The notes beneath the pieces are model-generated. The model saw only the letters and a program-made list of their open reading frames with translations, had not been told where the DNA came from and made no database searches. A DNA stretch of 58,212 bases, counting the filler, from Stramenopiles sp. TOSAG23-6 (lineage: Eukaryota): NCBI GenBank assembly GCA_900128565.1. It is 8 parts of 8 records of this genome, joined end to end, with 100 filler letters (N's around TTAATTAATTAA, not from the genome) between each part and the next. Parts side by side here need not be neighbours in the genome. Positions count along the whole stretch, not along the records: positions 21,915 to 29,110 come from LT636596.1; positions 29,211 to 36,397 come from LT636597.1; 6 more parts are not named here. The stretch is one strand, 5' to 3'. Position numbers and translations under genes: made by a program. This document shows positions 21,981 through 35,200 of the stretch, piece after piece. Every line of letters starts with the position of its first letter. The first letter of the stretch is position 1.

Positions 21981-24299
21981 GGCGGTAGTCGAAACAAAAT
22001 AACTTACAACAACGCGCGAGGAGAAGATGGCTCAACAATGCTTCGTATTTTAAATACGAAAGCATGCAATCATGGTACGATGTATGCTGCATTAGTACAT
22101 CGGATTGATTCATTTCGTCATTCGTCTTTTCGTGACAACGATGGAATTTCAATTAAAAATGATTATTTTTTTGATTTTTCAATACGTTGTATTGGCGGCC
22201 GTGGCGAAACATATTCGTCTCACAATGCCTATAATTTCACCAAAACAATTCAAAGAATGGAAACCTCTGGCGTACCCGTGATGCTTGCAGCGCAAAGTCC
22301 AGTCGAACATGAAAAAAAAGATCTGACAATCCTGGGTCTGCATTTATCAATATCTTTGACAACAACTCGTAGGTTTTTTTTTTCAAATTTAAAAAAATGT
22401 TTTTTGTACGAAATTTTGTACCTAACATTTTTTTTTTTTTATTTTTTTTTTCACAATACATGCTACGAAAATCTTGGAGATGACAAAGATGTTGACATGC
22501 AAAATGTAATTCGATACGGCATGGTATCGATATCGCAAAAGCCAACGCGTAATGTCCAAACGGATCAGATTGAAAAAATGAAAAACAAGAATGTGACAAA
22601 TTTAATTGTTTTCGATGGTGAAAATACCGGGAAAATTGAAGGATCTATTGGTATGAATGTTTTTAAGGTTGCCTTGTGTGCATCTCTTGTTCGCGTCGCT
22701 TTAAAGAAAAAAATAGATAGAAAACATAGAAAACGACAAGATTATTCTCTTAATGATAGTGAAAATGATGTAAAGGATTTTGCAAAATTGGCGATGGTAT
22801 CATTAGGCTTGAATGAGAATGAATCTGTGGAAGTTCCAACAAAACTTAAAGTACGTTTTAAANTTTCCATTTTTTTTTTATTTTATTTTTTTCATAGAAA
22901 ATTCTGTACCTAACGATTTTTTTATTTGATATTTTTTTTTTTACATGACGAACATCAGAAACGTATCAATGCCAAAACATTAACTTCAATCCCAAGTGCC
23001 CATTTGGAAATAAAGGCAGGCTATTTTGCATCTACTGCGTTAGGGGCGACGATTCATTATGATAAACAAAATCAAGAAAATGGTTATATAAAAAAACCAT
23101 TTCCATCGTTATGTCGTGTTGATTCGATTGAATACAATTTGATCGAAAAAATCAGCAGGGAATTTACTAACCCTAAAGGTAAAGTAAAAGCGGCAATGCT
23201 CATCCGATTAGTTGGATTGGAGCCATTCTATTTGGAAAATGATGATTTGGAAAGTGATGATTTGGAAAATGATGATTTGGAAAATGATGATTTGGAAATT
23301 AATGATTGGGAAGTTGGCGTCAAAAACATTGTAAAAAAAATCCAAAATGTTGGTCAATTTCAATGTCATCGTGCAGCGCATGATGTTCGGTATTTTTCTC
23401 AAATCCGATTATATCAGGATAATAAAGAAAAATGTGAAAATGTGATCAGTCATATAATTCGTGTTGTAGATGATGAGACAATCGATAATCTGCAATCGAT
23501 CGAATCAATCAATGATTCTGTGGACAATATCTGTGAAAACTTGGAAATTTGTGGTAATAAAGTAAATAATTTAGAGAAGTACCACATAGCTGCCGATTTG
23601 GCAAAAGTTTTTGGTCTGAAATATGATCGACCTGATAAAGTCTATACGCAAACTTTTCGTGCTAATCGTGGTGAAGGACGAGGTTTTGCTGCAATATCTG
23701 CAACGCTTGCTCGGTATTATGAGAATGATATGAATGGTTTCCCAGGTTCTTCTCTTGGTCTTGCAGGCGAGCGAACTATGTTAAAAGATACTGCCGAGGC
23801 ATTGAAAAGTGTATGTGATGTAGCTTTGGCAAAAAATAAAAATGGTAATGAAAATCATAATGATACTGATGATACTGATGATACTGATGATGATATTAAT
23901 AAAGACAATCCAACAAATCGTGATTATATTGAGAAAGCAATAGAATCACATTTATTGATTGTTGACGATTTTATGGATATTACTGAATATTTGTGTGCTG
24001 TATGTTATGGATTATTTAATGCTATATGTACAATGCATAGATTAACCAAAAATGATAATGACGATGATGATGAAAATGACGATGATGATGAAAATGATGA
24101 TGAAAATGATGATGATGATAATACCAAATTTCTTCCTTTCTGTAAAAAGAATCGGATGATTCATAAAATTATTTCCTTTGATTTTGCAAAAACATATTAC
24201 GATAAATACTATAAAGTTCGTAAAGAAGTTCAAAAGCGTAGTCGTGAAAGTCCTAATGTTGTTGAAAATGGTTCAAAACGTGCTCGTATAAATAGGTGA
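21981..24299 (+). CDS. Hypothetical protein with acidic tracts, 5' partial; exons 21981..22368, 22462..22850, 22947..24299
   Basis: Long open exons joined in frame by two family introns; no recognised domain. Confidence 0.7.
22369..22461 (+). other. Non-canonical GT-AT intron (93 nt, phase 1, stop-free)
   Basis: ACT C|GTAGGT...GTACGAAATTTTGTACCTAAC...TTCACAATACAT|GC TAC; read-through gives an implausible poly-Phe peptide. Confidence 0.8.
22851..22946 (+). other. Non-canonical GT-AT intron (96 nt, phase 0)
   Basis: CTT AAA|GTACGT...CATAGAAAATTCTGTACCTAAC...TTTTACAT|GAC GAA; contains an in-frame stop. Confidence 0.82.
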
Positions 24300-24588
24300 A
24301 ACATTTCTTTTACAATGACATTATGTCATTTTAATCTTTTAATAAAAGATTTTATTTTCATTTACACATTTTTATATTTTTTTAAATTCTAAATTTGGTA
24401 TTATTTTTTATACATGGCTCAAATAAAATTGAGAAAATCATGCTACATTTTTATATGCACCACGTCATTTACTTTTATCAGTAAAATTTTATAAATATTA
24501 TTTTGTAAATTTCCATGTGTATAGTGTAGTATGATACACTTTTATCAATACAACGCGTCATAGTTACTATCAATTTGAAATTTTTTTT

Positions 24589-26092
24589 CATACGAAATTT
24601 CGTATGTAAAAAAAANTTNCAAAAAAAAANGTAANTTTTTTTTTCGAACGAAATTAAAAAAAATAAATATTTCTTTTGTAATGATACACAAACATAAAGT
24701 CACCAAAATGTTAAACATTAAACAAGAAATTTGAAAGAAATCAATATAATGTTTATTAAAAGGTGGACTGTATCTATGTTAGGGTTAGGGTTATTTTTTC
24801 TTATCAAAAATTCTGAAAAAATAAATACAAAGATTTCGTGTAATATTCAAAAAGAATATCGATTTGAAAATTATTTTTTTAAAAAAATAAAAATTTTATG
24901 TTTTTCTGACAATGAACCAATGCTGTTCTATATCCATGCTCAGTATTGATAATAAGCCACATTGTGTCAGTTAAAAATTTTCAACATTTAACGGCTAGAA
25001 AATTCGTTGTCATTGCATCAAGATGAATAATAATATACCTAGGATTAGTTTTTTTTTTTTTTTCATACCTAATTTTGTACCTAACGATTTTTTTTTTTCT
25101 ACGGTTGTTAGGGTTAGGGTTTGATTTTTTTTTTTTTTTTTTTAGGGTTAGGATTTGATTTTTGATACGAAACGATTTGTTTTTTCAAATAAATTTCACA
25201 ATACACATCATCATACGCTATTAGTGTATCAATATTCCCTTCAATGATGCATTTTTGGTTTGTGTGCTGATCATAAAATGTTATTTGTTTAGTATTTGTT
25301 TTTTTTTCATACGCAATGTTGTACCTAACGATTTTTTTTAAAATATGTACAAAATTCTCTATGAAAAAAAACTAACTAGGATATTTCTATTTCAAAGATG
25401 ATGAATTACATCGGTATAGATAAAAAGAAATTTATTGAACAAAACTTCAAGATTGTATAAATAACAACCGTATCTTCAAATTGAAAAAAAAAAAAAAAAA
25501 ATTATGTATTAACTAGGGTTAGGGTTGCTATTCTTTGTCTAATTATAATCAATTGAATTAAAATGGAACAATATACATCATCTATCAAATAAATTTCATT
25601 CATGATATAATCAATCAAATTACTCTTTATACCAATAAAACGACGGAAAAGCATCAATTCAAAGCATTTCAAAAAAAATTATTTTCATACGAAATTTCGT
25701 ACCTAACAAGAAAAAAAAAAATTATCTAACAATTTTTTTTTTTTTAGGGTTAGGGTTAGGAAAATTTGTAACGATTTGTTTTTGATATAAATTTCACAAT
25801 ACACATGATAGAAACTAAGAATGTATCTCAATTATTTTTACAAAATATTATTTTTTTGTAATGTCTTAGGATTGTAATGTATTAGGAAAATGTCAAATTT
25901 TTTTTTTTTTTTTTTTTTGATTTCATACGAAATGTTGTACTTAACGATTTTTGTTTTTTTCGTACGAAATGTTGTACCTAACAATTTTTTTTTTTTTTAG
26001 GGTTAGGGTTAGGAAAAAAAAAAAAAATAATACCATACAAAAACATTTCATTTAACCAATATTTTTTTTTGATTTTTTTTTTCACAATACAT
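24589..26092 (+). repeat. Cluster of intron-family core motifs interleaved with (TTAGGG)2-3 and poly-T
   Basis: Core-motif copies near 24589, 25063, 25308, 25686, 25924 and 25961; TTAGGG tracts near 24779, 25108, 25142, 25514, 25744 and 25997; ends with acceptor TTCACAATACAT at 26092. Confidence 0.65.
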
Positions 26093-26902
26093 GGAATCGT
26101 TTGGCAGAGGGGGGTTGGATTAAAACAATATCAACGGCTTCATCATCAAGTGGAGGGGAAAAAGGAAATCGAATACTTACCACAACAGTAAACCCTAACC
26201 CTAATGATTCTCGAGTTGGAGATAAAAATACATCAAAGTTTGGATGCACTCCATGTGCAGATGAAACTGCCGACTCTAGTCAAAGTCTATTGAAAAAGAA
26301 ATCAATGCGAACCCCTAACCCTAATGATTCGAAATCAACAAATGATCAAAGTATATGGGTGTATCGAGACCCCAAAAAATGTTTAGGTTCCAAACGTAAA
26401 TCAAGTGACTCTTTGAGTAAAGCATTAGCTACGAAAAAAATCGGATCAGGGTTAGGGTTAGGCGAAATTTCTTCTTTAGTAGAAAACCAAGGTTTAAACC
26501 AAGGTTTGGAAAATCAAATACCAACACTTTTCAGACATAGAAGTAACCCAGGACAAAATGTACATATACATCAGAGAGTTCGATCTAGTAGGTTTCCATC
26601 ATAAAATTTCGATTTTTTTTTTGAATTTCAACTTTAATTCTTTTTCTTACGTGCATTTCATACCTAACAAAAATAGTTTTACTAAAAACATATCTTCACA
26701 AACTACATGCAGTATGCCAATTAGACCTGTTTTACAACAAACAATACTAAATACAAACCCTAATCCTAATGCATATCAAAGGCAACACAGGACATCAAGT
26801 GTCTGTAGTCGTGATAGTGAGTGTGCGAGCCCTGGGACAACTGCTCTTGCTTTTATTCTCACAAACATGGCTCAACCTCCAATTCCACCAATGAACATTT
26901 GA
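26093..26902 (+). CDS. Low-complexity hypothetical protein, last two exons (26093..26587, 26709..26902); upstream exons unresolved
   Basis: ORFs 26101..26604 and 26558..26902 are joined in frame by intron 26588..26708. Confidence 0.55.
26588..26708 (+). other. Non-canonical GT-AT intron (121 nt, phase 1)
   Basis: TCT A|GTAGGT...TTTCATACCTAAC...CACAAACTACAT|GC AGT ATG. Confidence 0.72.
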
Positions 26903-26973
26903 ATGAACATTTGAATGAACATAACATTTGAATGAACATAACATTTGAATGAACATAACATTTGAATGAACAT
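26891..26973 (+). repeat. Tandem ATGAACAT(AACA)TTGA minisatellite at the gene end / 3' UTR
   Basis: Visible 12- and 17-bp units. Confidence 0.8.
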
Positions 26974-27406
26974 TTTGACTACGATCAACGCACGAATATT
27001 ATTATTACTCAATAAACTACTAATAATAAAACAACTTCTTTTATAAATTGTTAAGAACTAAAATTCCTTTGAAAGCATATTTTTTCTAAAGGAAATACAA
27101 ACTACAATATAAAAATTAATAACAATACAATTAAATTTGATTTATTCCATAAACATACTTACAATGATTATCTTTTTCATTACAATACTAGCCAGCTATT
27201 CACTTATTCTTTAAATCCTTAAAAAATTATAAAAAGATGAGAGTTTTTTGTCTTTTCTCGTATCAAATTTTGTAGCTGACGATTTTTTTAGTAATATACA
27301 TTATATATTAATAATAGATGCTTGCTCATGCACTTGAGCTTCTGCTAAAAATACCCGATGATGCCAACAATGTGTAACACAAATATGCGATTCATCTCAA
27401 ATCATC

Positions 27407-28646
27407 TCATGATTGTATTAAACAAACAATATTGATTTTCGAGTTTGAAAAAACATTTTCTTTTGTTTGCATTAATAAATGAAAATTTCTTTGAATTCCC
27501 AATTTTATACCTTTTGATTTCGGTGCTATGATAATACGGATTTCTTCTAACGTTTTACTACTTAGCATTGCATGAATAGATTCCAAAGATAATGGACGAC
27601 GATGGCAGTTATCTATTGTCAAAATACGAAGTTTTGACAATTTTAAATGATGTATATTATTTAATACATATTTTTGTGTAAGCGTCAAAGGAATCCTTAA
27701 AATCTCCAAATTCGTAAAAATTTCGAGCCAACTGCCAATGTTCGCACGTGGAAAGTCGACTTTAAAATTGTTGGTTACTAAAAAATCAAGTTGTAAATGT
27801 TTAAGTTGTGGGGCTAGTGTAGCAACATGCTGTAAAAACCGTTCTGTATTAGCAATCTTTTGAGGTAACGGCGTCCTATTCCATTTTAATTCAAATTCAA
27901 AATCATAGAACCATTTAACATAAAGTTTTTCCAATTGTCCAAAAGATTTTAAGCAAGATATTAAGTTTCCAAAAAGACCTTTCAGCACTCCGTCAGGTGA
28001 AATAGTAACTTTCTTGATAGACTTAAAATTATATCTTCTGTCTAACATTTTTTCAAATTTAGGCGTCCCAGATAGACCACTCAAATCGATTTCATCTACA
28101 CATGCTAATTTATTCAATGCTGACAAAACAATGTCAGTGAGTATAACACCAGGCATTTTTATGGTAGTTACATACTGATACCTAGGATGACTAACTAAAC
28201 GAGAAAAATCACAGGAACTCTTCACATTTTGGGGAAATGGATCAAGAGAACGTTTAAGAACTGAAATGACACCAGGNATTAACACGTTCTGCGCGAACAA
28301 TTTCTTAGTGACTTTCAAAAGAAAGAATATGCAAGAGTACTTCTGTTGGAATAAAAAGATCTTGACCAAATTTTACGTTTGCGTGATGTTCTTGCATTAT
28401 TTTTTTCTGAATTAGAATGGATTCTTCATGGGCTTTCTGCTCAAGAATAACAGCTGCGTCTTGAAGAAGTTGACATTCTTGCACAGTTAAGCGTCTATTA
28501 ATGCTCTTTGAAAAGAAATGAGCAATGTTTTTTGTTTGTTCTTTTTTCGAACGACTCGAAGTTAGTGCGTCTTCAAGAGAAGATGATATCGAAGATGATT
28601 TCCTCTTCATTTTCTTAACCAATTGACCAAAGTTTCTTTGATACAA
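27407..28646 (-). pseudogene. F-box / LRR-like gene disrupted by an in-frame TAA and a frameshift
   Basis: IPTEVLLHILSFESH*EIVRAERVNxW reads as one F-box; the LRR-like body (LACVDEIDLSG, LEKLYV, LKHLQL, LEILRI, LRILTIDNC) is in another frame. Confidence 0.55.
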
Positions 28647-29110
28647 TAGAAAAACGAAATCTCACTAGATAGTTTGTTTTGTCTCACGTTCAATACGATT
28701 AGATTTGATGACTGACTAATTTCATGGATTTCCAGATAAGTTCGGTTGAACTGGTCAACTGGGAGCAATGACATTTTGCTGTTATATAAAACTCCGATAA
28801 TCATTTTTTTCTCAGACATTAGGGTTAGGGCTCGTTCTTTAATTTTCATGGTAAAACCAAAATTGTTTCATGGTTAAAATGCCATAAGAAGAAGATTTGT
28901 CCTACTTATTAGCAAAGTAGTGAAACACGAGCGTACCAAAGTATCAATATTAGAATATCGCCATAGTAGAATTAGGATTATAATTTTCAAGCAGTGCACG
29001 TCAAACTAACACTCCTGATTTTTTATCAATCCTTTGTGTATTTTCCATGCGATTTACTTCTTCAACTTCAGTACAACGTCGCAAATGATGCCATACCATC
29101 AATCCTATAC

Positions 29111-29210
29111 NNNNNNNNNNNNNNNNNNNNNNNNNNNNNNNNNNNNNNNNNNNNTTAATTAATTAANNNNNNNNNNNNNNNNNNNNNNNNNNNNNNNNNN
29201 NNNNNNNNNN
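29111..29210. other. Artificial contig spacer
   Basis: N-TTAATTAATTAA-N. Confidence 0.97.
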
Positions 29211-29211
29211 C

Positions 29212-32200
29212 CCTAAAGATGGCATTGTTTACGATTTTTACTGGGAAGAAGAAACATCCTCTTGGCAAAAGTGGATGAAACTAGCAAACCCATATGTGCA
29301 CGACACACGACTTTCATTTTCAGAGATTACTGTGGCAACAACAGATTCCACAAGATATACTTGGATTCTAGATACATTGATCACTAATGGAAAGCATGTT
29401 CTTATGTGTGGTCCAACAGGGACCGGGAAAACAGTAAATATTAACAAACACTTGCAAACTGGAATGACGAAAGAGTATATACCATTATGCTTTACCTTTT
29501 CAGCCCAAACTTCTGCAAACCAGACTCAAGATATTATAGATAGTAAATGCGACAAGCGTCGTAAAGGTGTATATGGTCCTATGGCGGGTAAGAAATATGT
29601 TATTTTTGTAGATGATGTTAATATGCCACAACGAGAAATATTCTTTGCCCAACCTCCAATAGAACTCTTGAGACAGTGGCTCTGTTCAAGTGGGTGGTAT
29701 GATCGCAAAACCCTGAAATGGAAGACAATTATAGACTCCCAATTAGTTATTGCTTGTGGCCCTCCAGGAGGTGGTCGTAATCCGGTTACACCGAGATTTT
29801 TTCGGCACTTCAATTACGTTTCATACACTGCTATGGAAGATGATGTGATGTACACTATATTCAATAGTATACTTGAGAATTTTTTGATTATGGGAAAATT
29901 CGACGAGTCCTTAGCCCCTCTTGCAAACAGTATTGTATGGTCATCCATTGAGGTGTATAACCAAACATTAAACGAACTTTTGCCTACACCAGATAAGCCA
30001 CACTATACATTTAATCTTCGTGATCTGGGAAAGATTTTCCAAGGAATGCTCATGGCAAATAAAACAAAATTGACAGAGCCCCTCCAGATTGTTCGTATGT
30101 GGGTTCATGAGACTTTGCGTGTATTTGGTGATCGACTTACTAATCCAAAAGATCGTACATGGTTCAGTGACAGACTTAGAGAAAAGGTTGAGACTAGAAT
30201 GAAAACATCATGGTCAGATTGTATGACAAATGACGTTCTTCTCTTTGGAGATTATATGATTCCTGGTGCAGACCCCAAAGTTTACTGCGAGGTTACACAA
30301 ACTGATCAGATACAGCCTATCTTTGAAGAGTACTTAGCTGATTATAATGCAGAGACAAAGACACCAATGAATCTTGTGCTCTTTTCAGATGCTATTCAGC
30401 ATGTCAGTCGTATTTCGCGTGTGCTTCGCCAACCTCAGGGCAATGCATTGCTCTTTGGTGTTGGTGGTTCAGGTCGCCAGTCTTTGACAAGATTAGCAAC
30501 TTCAATGGCTGAATATGAATTATACCAGGTTGAAATTGCGAAGGGCTATGGGCAGGCAGAATGGCGCGAAGATTTGCGCCAATGTTTATTAAAAGCTGGA
30601 GTAGAAGATACTCCTGTAGTATTTCTTTTTGTGGATACTCAAATCGTGTTTGAAGGAATGCTTGAGGATATTAATAACATTTTAAATTCAGGCGATGTTC
30701 CAAATCTTTACGGTCCAGAGGAAATGGACCAAATTGTAACGACATGCCGTGCTGAGTGCACAAAGAAGCGCCTCCCTCCCACAAAAATCAATATATATGC
30801 ACAATATATCATTCGGGTTCGGCGAAATATCCACATGGTTATTGCCATGTCACCCATAGGTGATGATTTCCGTCGTCGTTTACGTATGTTTCCTTCGTTA
30901 GTAAACTGTTGTACAATTGATTGGTTTTCCGAGTGGCCAGACGAGGCTTTGCTTTCAGTGGCACGAAATGCTATGACAATAGAAGATATGATGCTGGGAG
31001 AAAGTATAGATGGTGTCGTAGAATTTTTCAAAACAATTCACCAGACTGCGGCCGAAGTTTCGAAAGATTTCCTTAGTGAGCTTGGACGTTATAACTATGT
31101 TACCCCAACATCTTATCTTGAATTATTAGATACATACAAAAAAATCATTAAGAAGAAGCGCGTTGAGGTTGGTGACATGAAATTTAAATTACAAAATGGA
31201 CTTGACACTATGGCAAGCACAGAAGAAGAAGTTGGTAAATTACAGGCACATATTATTGAGATGAAACCAGTATTGTTAAAAACAAGCCAAGAAGTTGCAG
31301 ATATGATTGAGAGTATAACAAAGGATAAAGCAGATGCAGCTATTGTAAAATCAGCGGTCGAAAAAAGTGAAGCAGAAGCAAAGATTCAGGGTGCTGAAGC
31401 TAAAGCTATTGCCGATGATGCACAACGTGATCTTGACGAGGCTTTGCCAGCGCTTGATGAAGCTGTCAAGTGCCTTTCACTGCTAAAGAAAAGCGATCTG
31501 GATGAAGTTCGATCACTAAAGACTCCACCATCGGGGGTAAAACTTACGATGGAAGTTGCATGTGTCATTTTTGGCATTAAACCTGTCAGAGAAAAGGACC
31601 CAAATAATTTAGGAAAGAAAATTAATAATTATTGGATATCTGCAAAGGCAAAATTGCTCAACAATCCAAAGAAATTATTAGAGATGCTTATTGAATATGA
31701 CAAAGATAATATGGAAGAAGCAGTAGTAGAAAAAGTTAAGGTTTATTATGAAAATCCCGANTTTTTACCAAAACAGATCGAAAAGGCTTCGAAGGCATGC
31801 ACAGCGATATGTATGTGGGCTCGAGCAATGTACAAATATAGCTGTGTTGCTAAGGAGGTTGAGCCAAAGAAGAAATTATTAGCAGAAGCACAAGCTTCTC
31901 TGGAGGTTACAATGGGTGTTTTAAAAGAAGCACAAACAAAGTTAGCAGCTGTAATGGCGAAGCTAGCGAAATTGGAAAAAGAACTTGCGGCAGCTGTAGC
32001 CCAAAAAGAAGATTTAGAAGCCCAAATGAAACTTGCCGTTGAAAGACTTGAACGAGCAGATGTTCTAATTAGTGGTTTAGGCGGAGAGAAAGCTCGATGG
32101 AAGATAACAGTTGTAAAATTGACTTCTGCTTTTGAGAACCTTATTGGGGATGTACTTGTTGCTGCATGTACTATATCTTACCTAGGATGTTTTACCCCTG

Positions 32201-35200
32201 CATTTAGGTCNCGCATTGTGAAATTACTCTTGAGCAAGCTCGAGGACCTCAAAATAGTCCCATTTTCTGAGGGTGCTTCGATTCGTTCAGTACTTGAGGA
32301 CCCTGTTCTTGTTCGCCATTGGATAATTACAGGACTACCAACGGATACACATTCAGTTGAGAATGCAATTGTTATGTCATATGCTCGACGATGGCCATTA
32401 TTTATTGATCCACAGCAACAAGCGAATCGCTTCATCAAAAATCTAGGGAAAACAGAGGCAAAGAATGGAATCGACTTAATTAAGCTCACAGATGCAAACT
32501 TTCTTCGCACACTTGAAAATGGTGTACGTTTTGGCAAGTGGGTATTACTAGAGAATATTTTGGAGACACTTGATGCATCACTCGAGCCTTTGCTTCAACA
32601 ACAAAAATTCAAGCAAGGTGGTTCATTAATGATTAAGATTGGTGACTCTACTATTCCGTACAATGACAATTTTAAATTTTTCATGACCACAAAACTACCA
32701 AATCCTCATTACCCACCTGAGGTTTGTGTGAAAGTGACACTTTTAAATTTCACCATTACACCGACAGGCTTAGAAGACCAGCTTCTTGGGGTTGTAGTTG
32801 TCAAAGAAAAACCAGAACTCGAAGAACAAAAGAATGCACTTCTTGTTGCAAATGCACGCATGCAAAAGCAGCTCAAAGAAATAGAAGATAGTATTTTGAA
32901 ACTTCTTGCGGAAAGTACTGGAAATATTCTAGATGATGTTGAATTAATTCAAGCACTTGCTGATTCAAAGAAAGTATCTCGAGAAATCGAAGACAAAGTA
33001 AAGGAGGCAGCAGAGACTGAACTTGTTATCAATGCTGCTCGAGAAGGGTATCGTTCTGTAGCTTTTCGAGGATCACTTTTATATTTCTGTATTGCTGATC
33101 TCGCGCTTGTTGATCCGATGTACCAATATTCCCTACAGTGGTTTGTTGCTCTTTTTACCAAGGGAATAGAAGAGGCTGAAAAAAACGAAGATCTTGAGAT
33201 TCGCAAGCAAACTCTTATAGATTATTTCACCCTAAAACTTTACATAAATGTTTGCAGATCACTGTTCGAAAACCACAAGCTAATTTTCTCGTTCCTGAAG
33301 TGTATTGCTATTCTCAGAGGCTATGGTAAGATTGACCCCTTGGAATTTAAATTCTTAACATTGAGNCAAGCTGAAGCATTCAAAGAAGCACCTAATCCAG
33401 CTCCTGAGTGGCTCGTGGCACGTGCATGGACTGATATTTGTACTCTTAGTTCACTTCCTGCTTTTGAAGGATTTGAGATCGACTTTGCCACAAATATCAC
33501 AAACTGGCGGGGATACTTTGATTCTTTGACTCCTCAAACCGAGAAATTTCCAGAGGCTTGGGAAGCCAAGCTTAACTCTATGCAAAAGATGTGTGTTTTA
33601 AAATGTTTGCGCCCGGACAAGTGCGCAGATGCTATCATGAACTATGTAATCGAAAATATGAGTCAAGAGTTCGTGGAACCACCCCCATTTGATCTCAGCA
33701 AAACCTTTGCAGATTCAAGTTGTACAACACCACTTGTATTTGTACTCACCGCCGGTTCAGATCCAACTAAAATGTTTAATCAGTTTGCTGAGGATATGGA
33801 AATGGGGAAGAAAACGAAAGGAATATCACTAGGGCAGGGTCAAGATGTAATTGCAGAGCAAATGATACGTGATGGTATAGAAAAGGGCACATGGGTATAC
33901 CTTCAGAATTGTCATCTTTATGTGTCTTGGATGAATACACTTGAACAAATGTGCGAAAATATCGATCCCGAAAATTGCCATCGAAATTTCAGATTATGGT
34001 TGACATCAATGCCTTCCAAAGCATTCCCCGTTGCGATATTACAAAATGGAATTAAAATGACTATAGAACCACCCAAGGGTCTCAAGGCCAATTTGAAGAA
34101 TGCTTATTTTAAGCTTGATGATACAAAATTAGAAAAAACGGAAAAACCTAAANAATACAAGAAGTTACTTTGGGCACTTTCGTTCTTCCACGCAATAGTT
34201 CAGGATAGACGAAAGTACGGAGGATTGGGATGGAATATTCCTTACGAGTTTAATGATACAGACCTCGCAATTTCAAAGACACAGCTTGAAATGTTTCTTG
34301 ATACTTATGATGAAACACCATACAAGCAACTCATTTTCTTGATTTCGTATATCAACTATGGAGGTCGTGTCACAGATTACATTGATTTAAGAACAATTGA
34401 TGTTCTTCTTCGGGATCTTTATGTGCCAGAAATTATGACAGATACCTATAAATTTTCTAGTTCAGGGCTTTATTACTCTATACCAGTTGACCCAGAAACA
34501 CCACATAAAAAATATATGGAATTTATTGACAAAATGCCTCTTAATTCTGCCCCTGAAGCATTTGGTATGCACGAGAATGCCGCTATCATTTGCGCCGAAA
34601 CAGAAACATCAGCTATATTTGAAATAGTTGTGAAATTGCAAGCAAAATCGGGTTCTGGTGCAGGAAAAACATACGAGGAAATTCTTGATGAGGCAGCAGG
34701 CAAAATTCTTGATACGGTTCCAAAACCATTTAAAATCGACGAAGTTGCTATGATGTACCCACTTACTTATAGTGAGTCAATGAATACCGTTCTCATACAG
34801 GAACTGATGCGATACAATAATATCATTATAGTTATTCGAAAAGAATTACCAACAATGCGAAAAGCCCTAAAGGGACTTGTCGTGATGTCCGTTGAACTTG
34901 AGGCTACAGCAAATGCAATATTTACACAACAAATTCCTCCAAGTTGGGATGCTGTTGCTTATCCATCTCTAAAAGCATTATCAGCTTGGAGTGACGAACT
35001 TGTCGAGCGCCTTGAATTCCTCCAGAAATGGATCGATGAGGGAATTCCTCCTTCATTTTGGGTCCCTGGATTCTTCTTCCCACAAGCATTTTTTACTGGC
35101 ACTCAACAAAATTTTGCCCGTAAGTATCAGTTACCGATTGATACATTGACATTTGATTANATCATGCTCAAGGAAGAAGGTAGTAGTATTACTGAAAAGC

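Noticed and set aside
24779-26013. A true telomere or chromosome end
   Set aside because: Only 2-3 units per tract, internal to the contig with genes on both sides.
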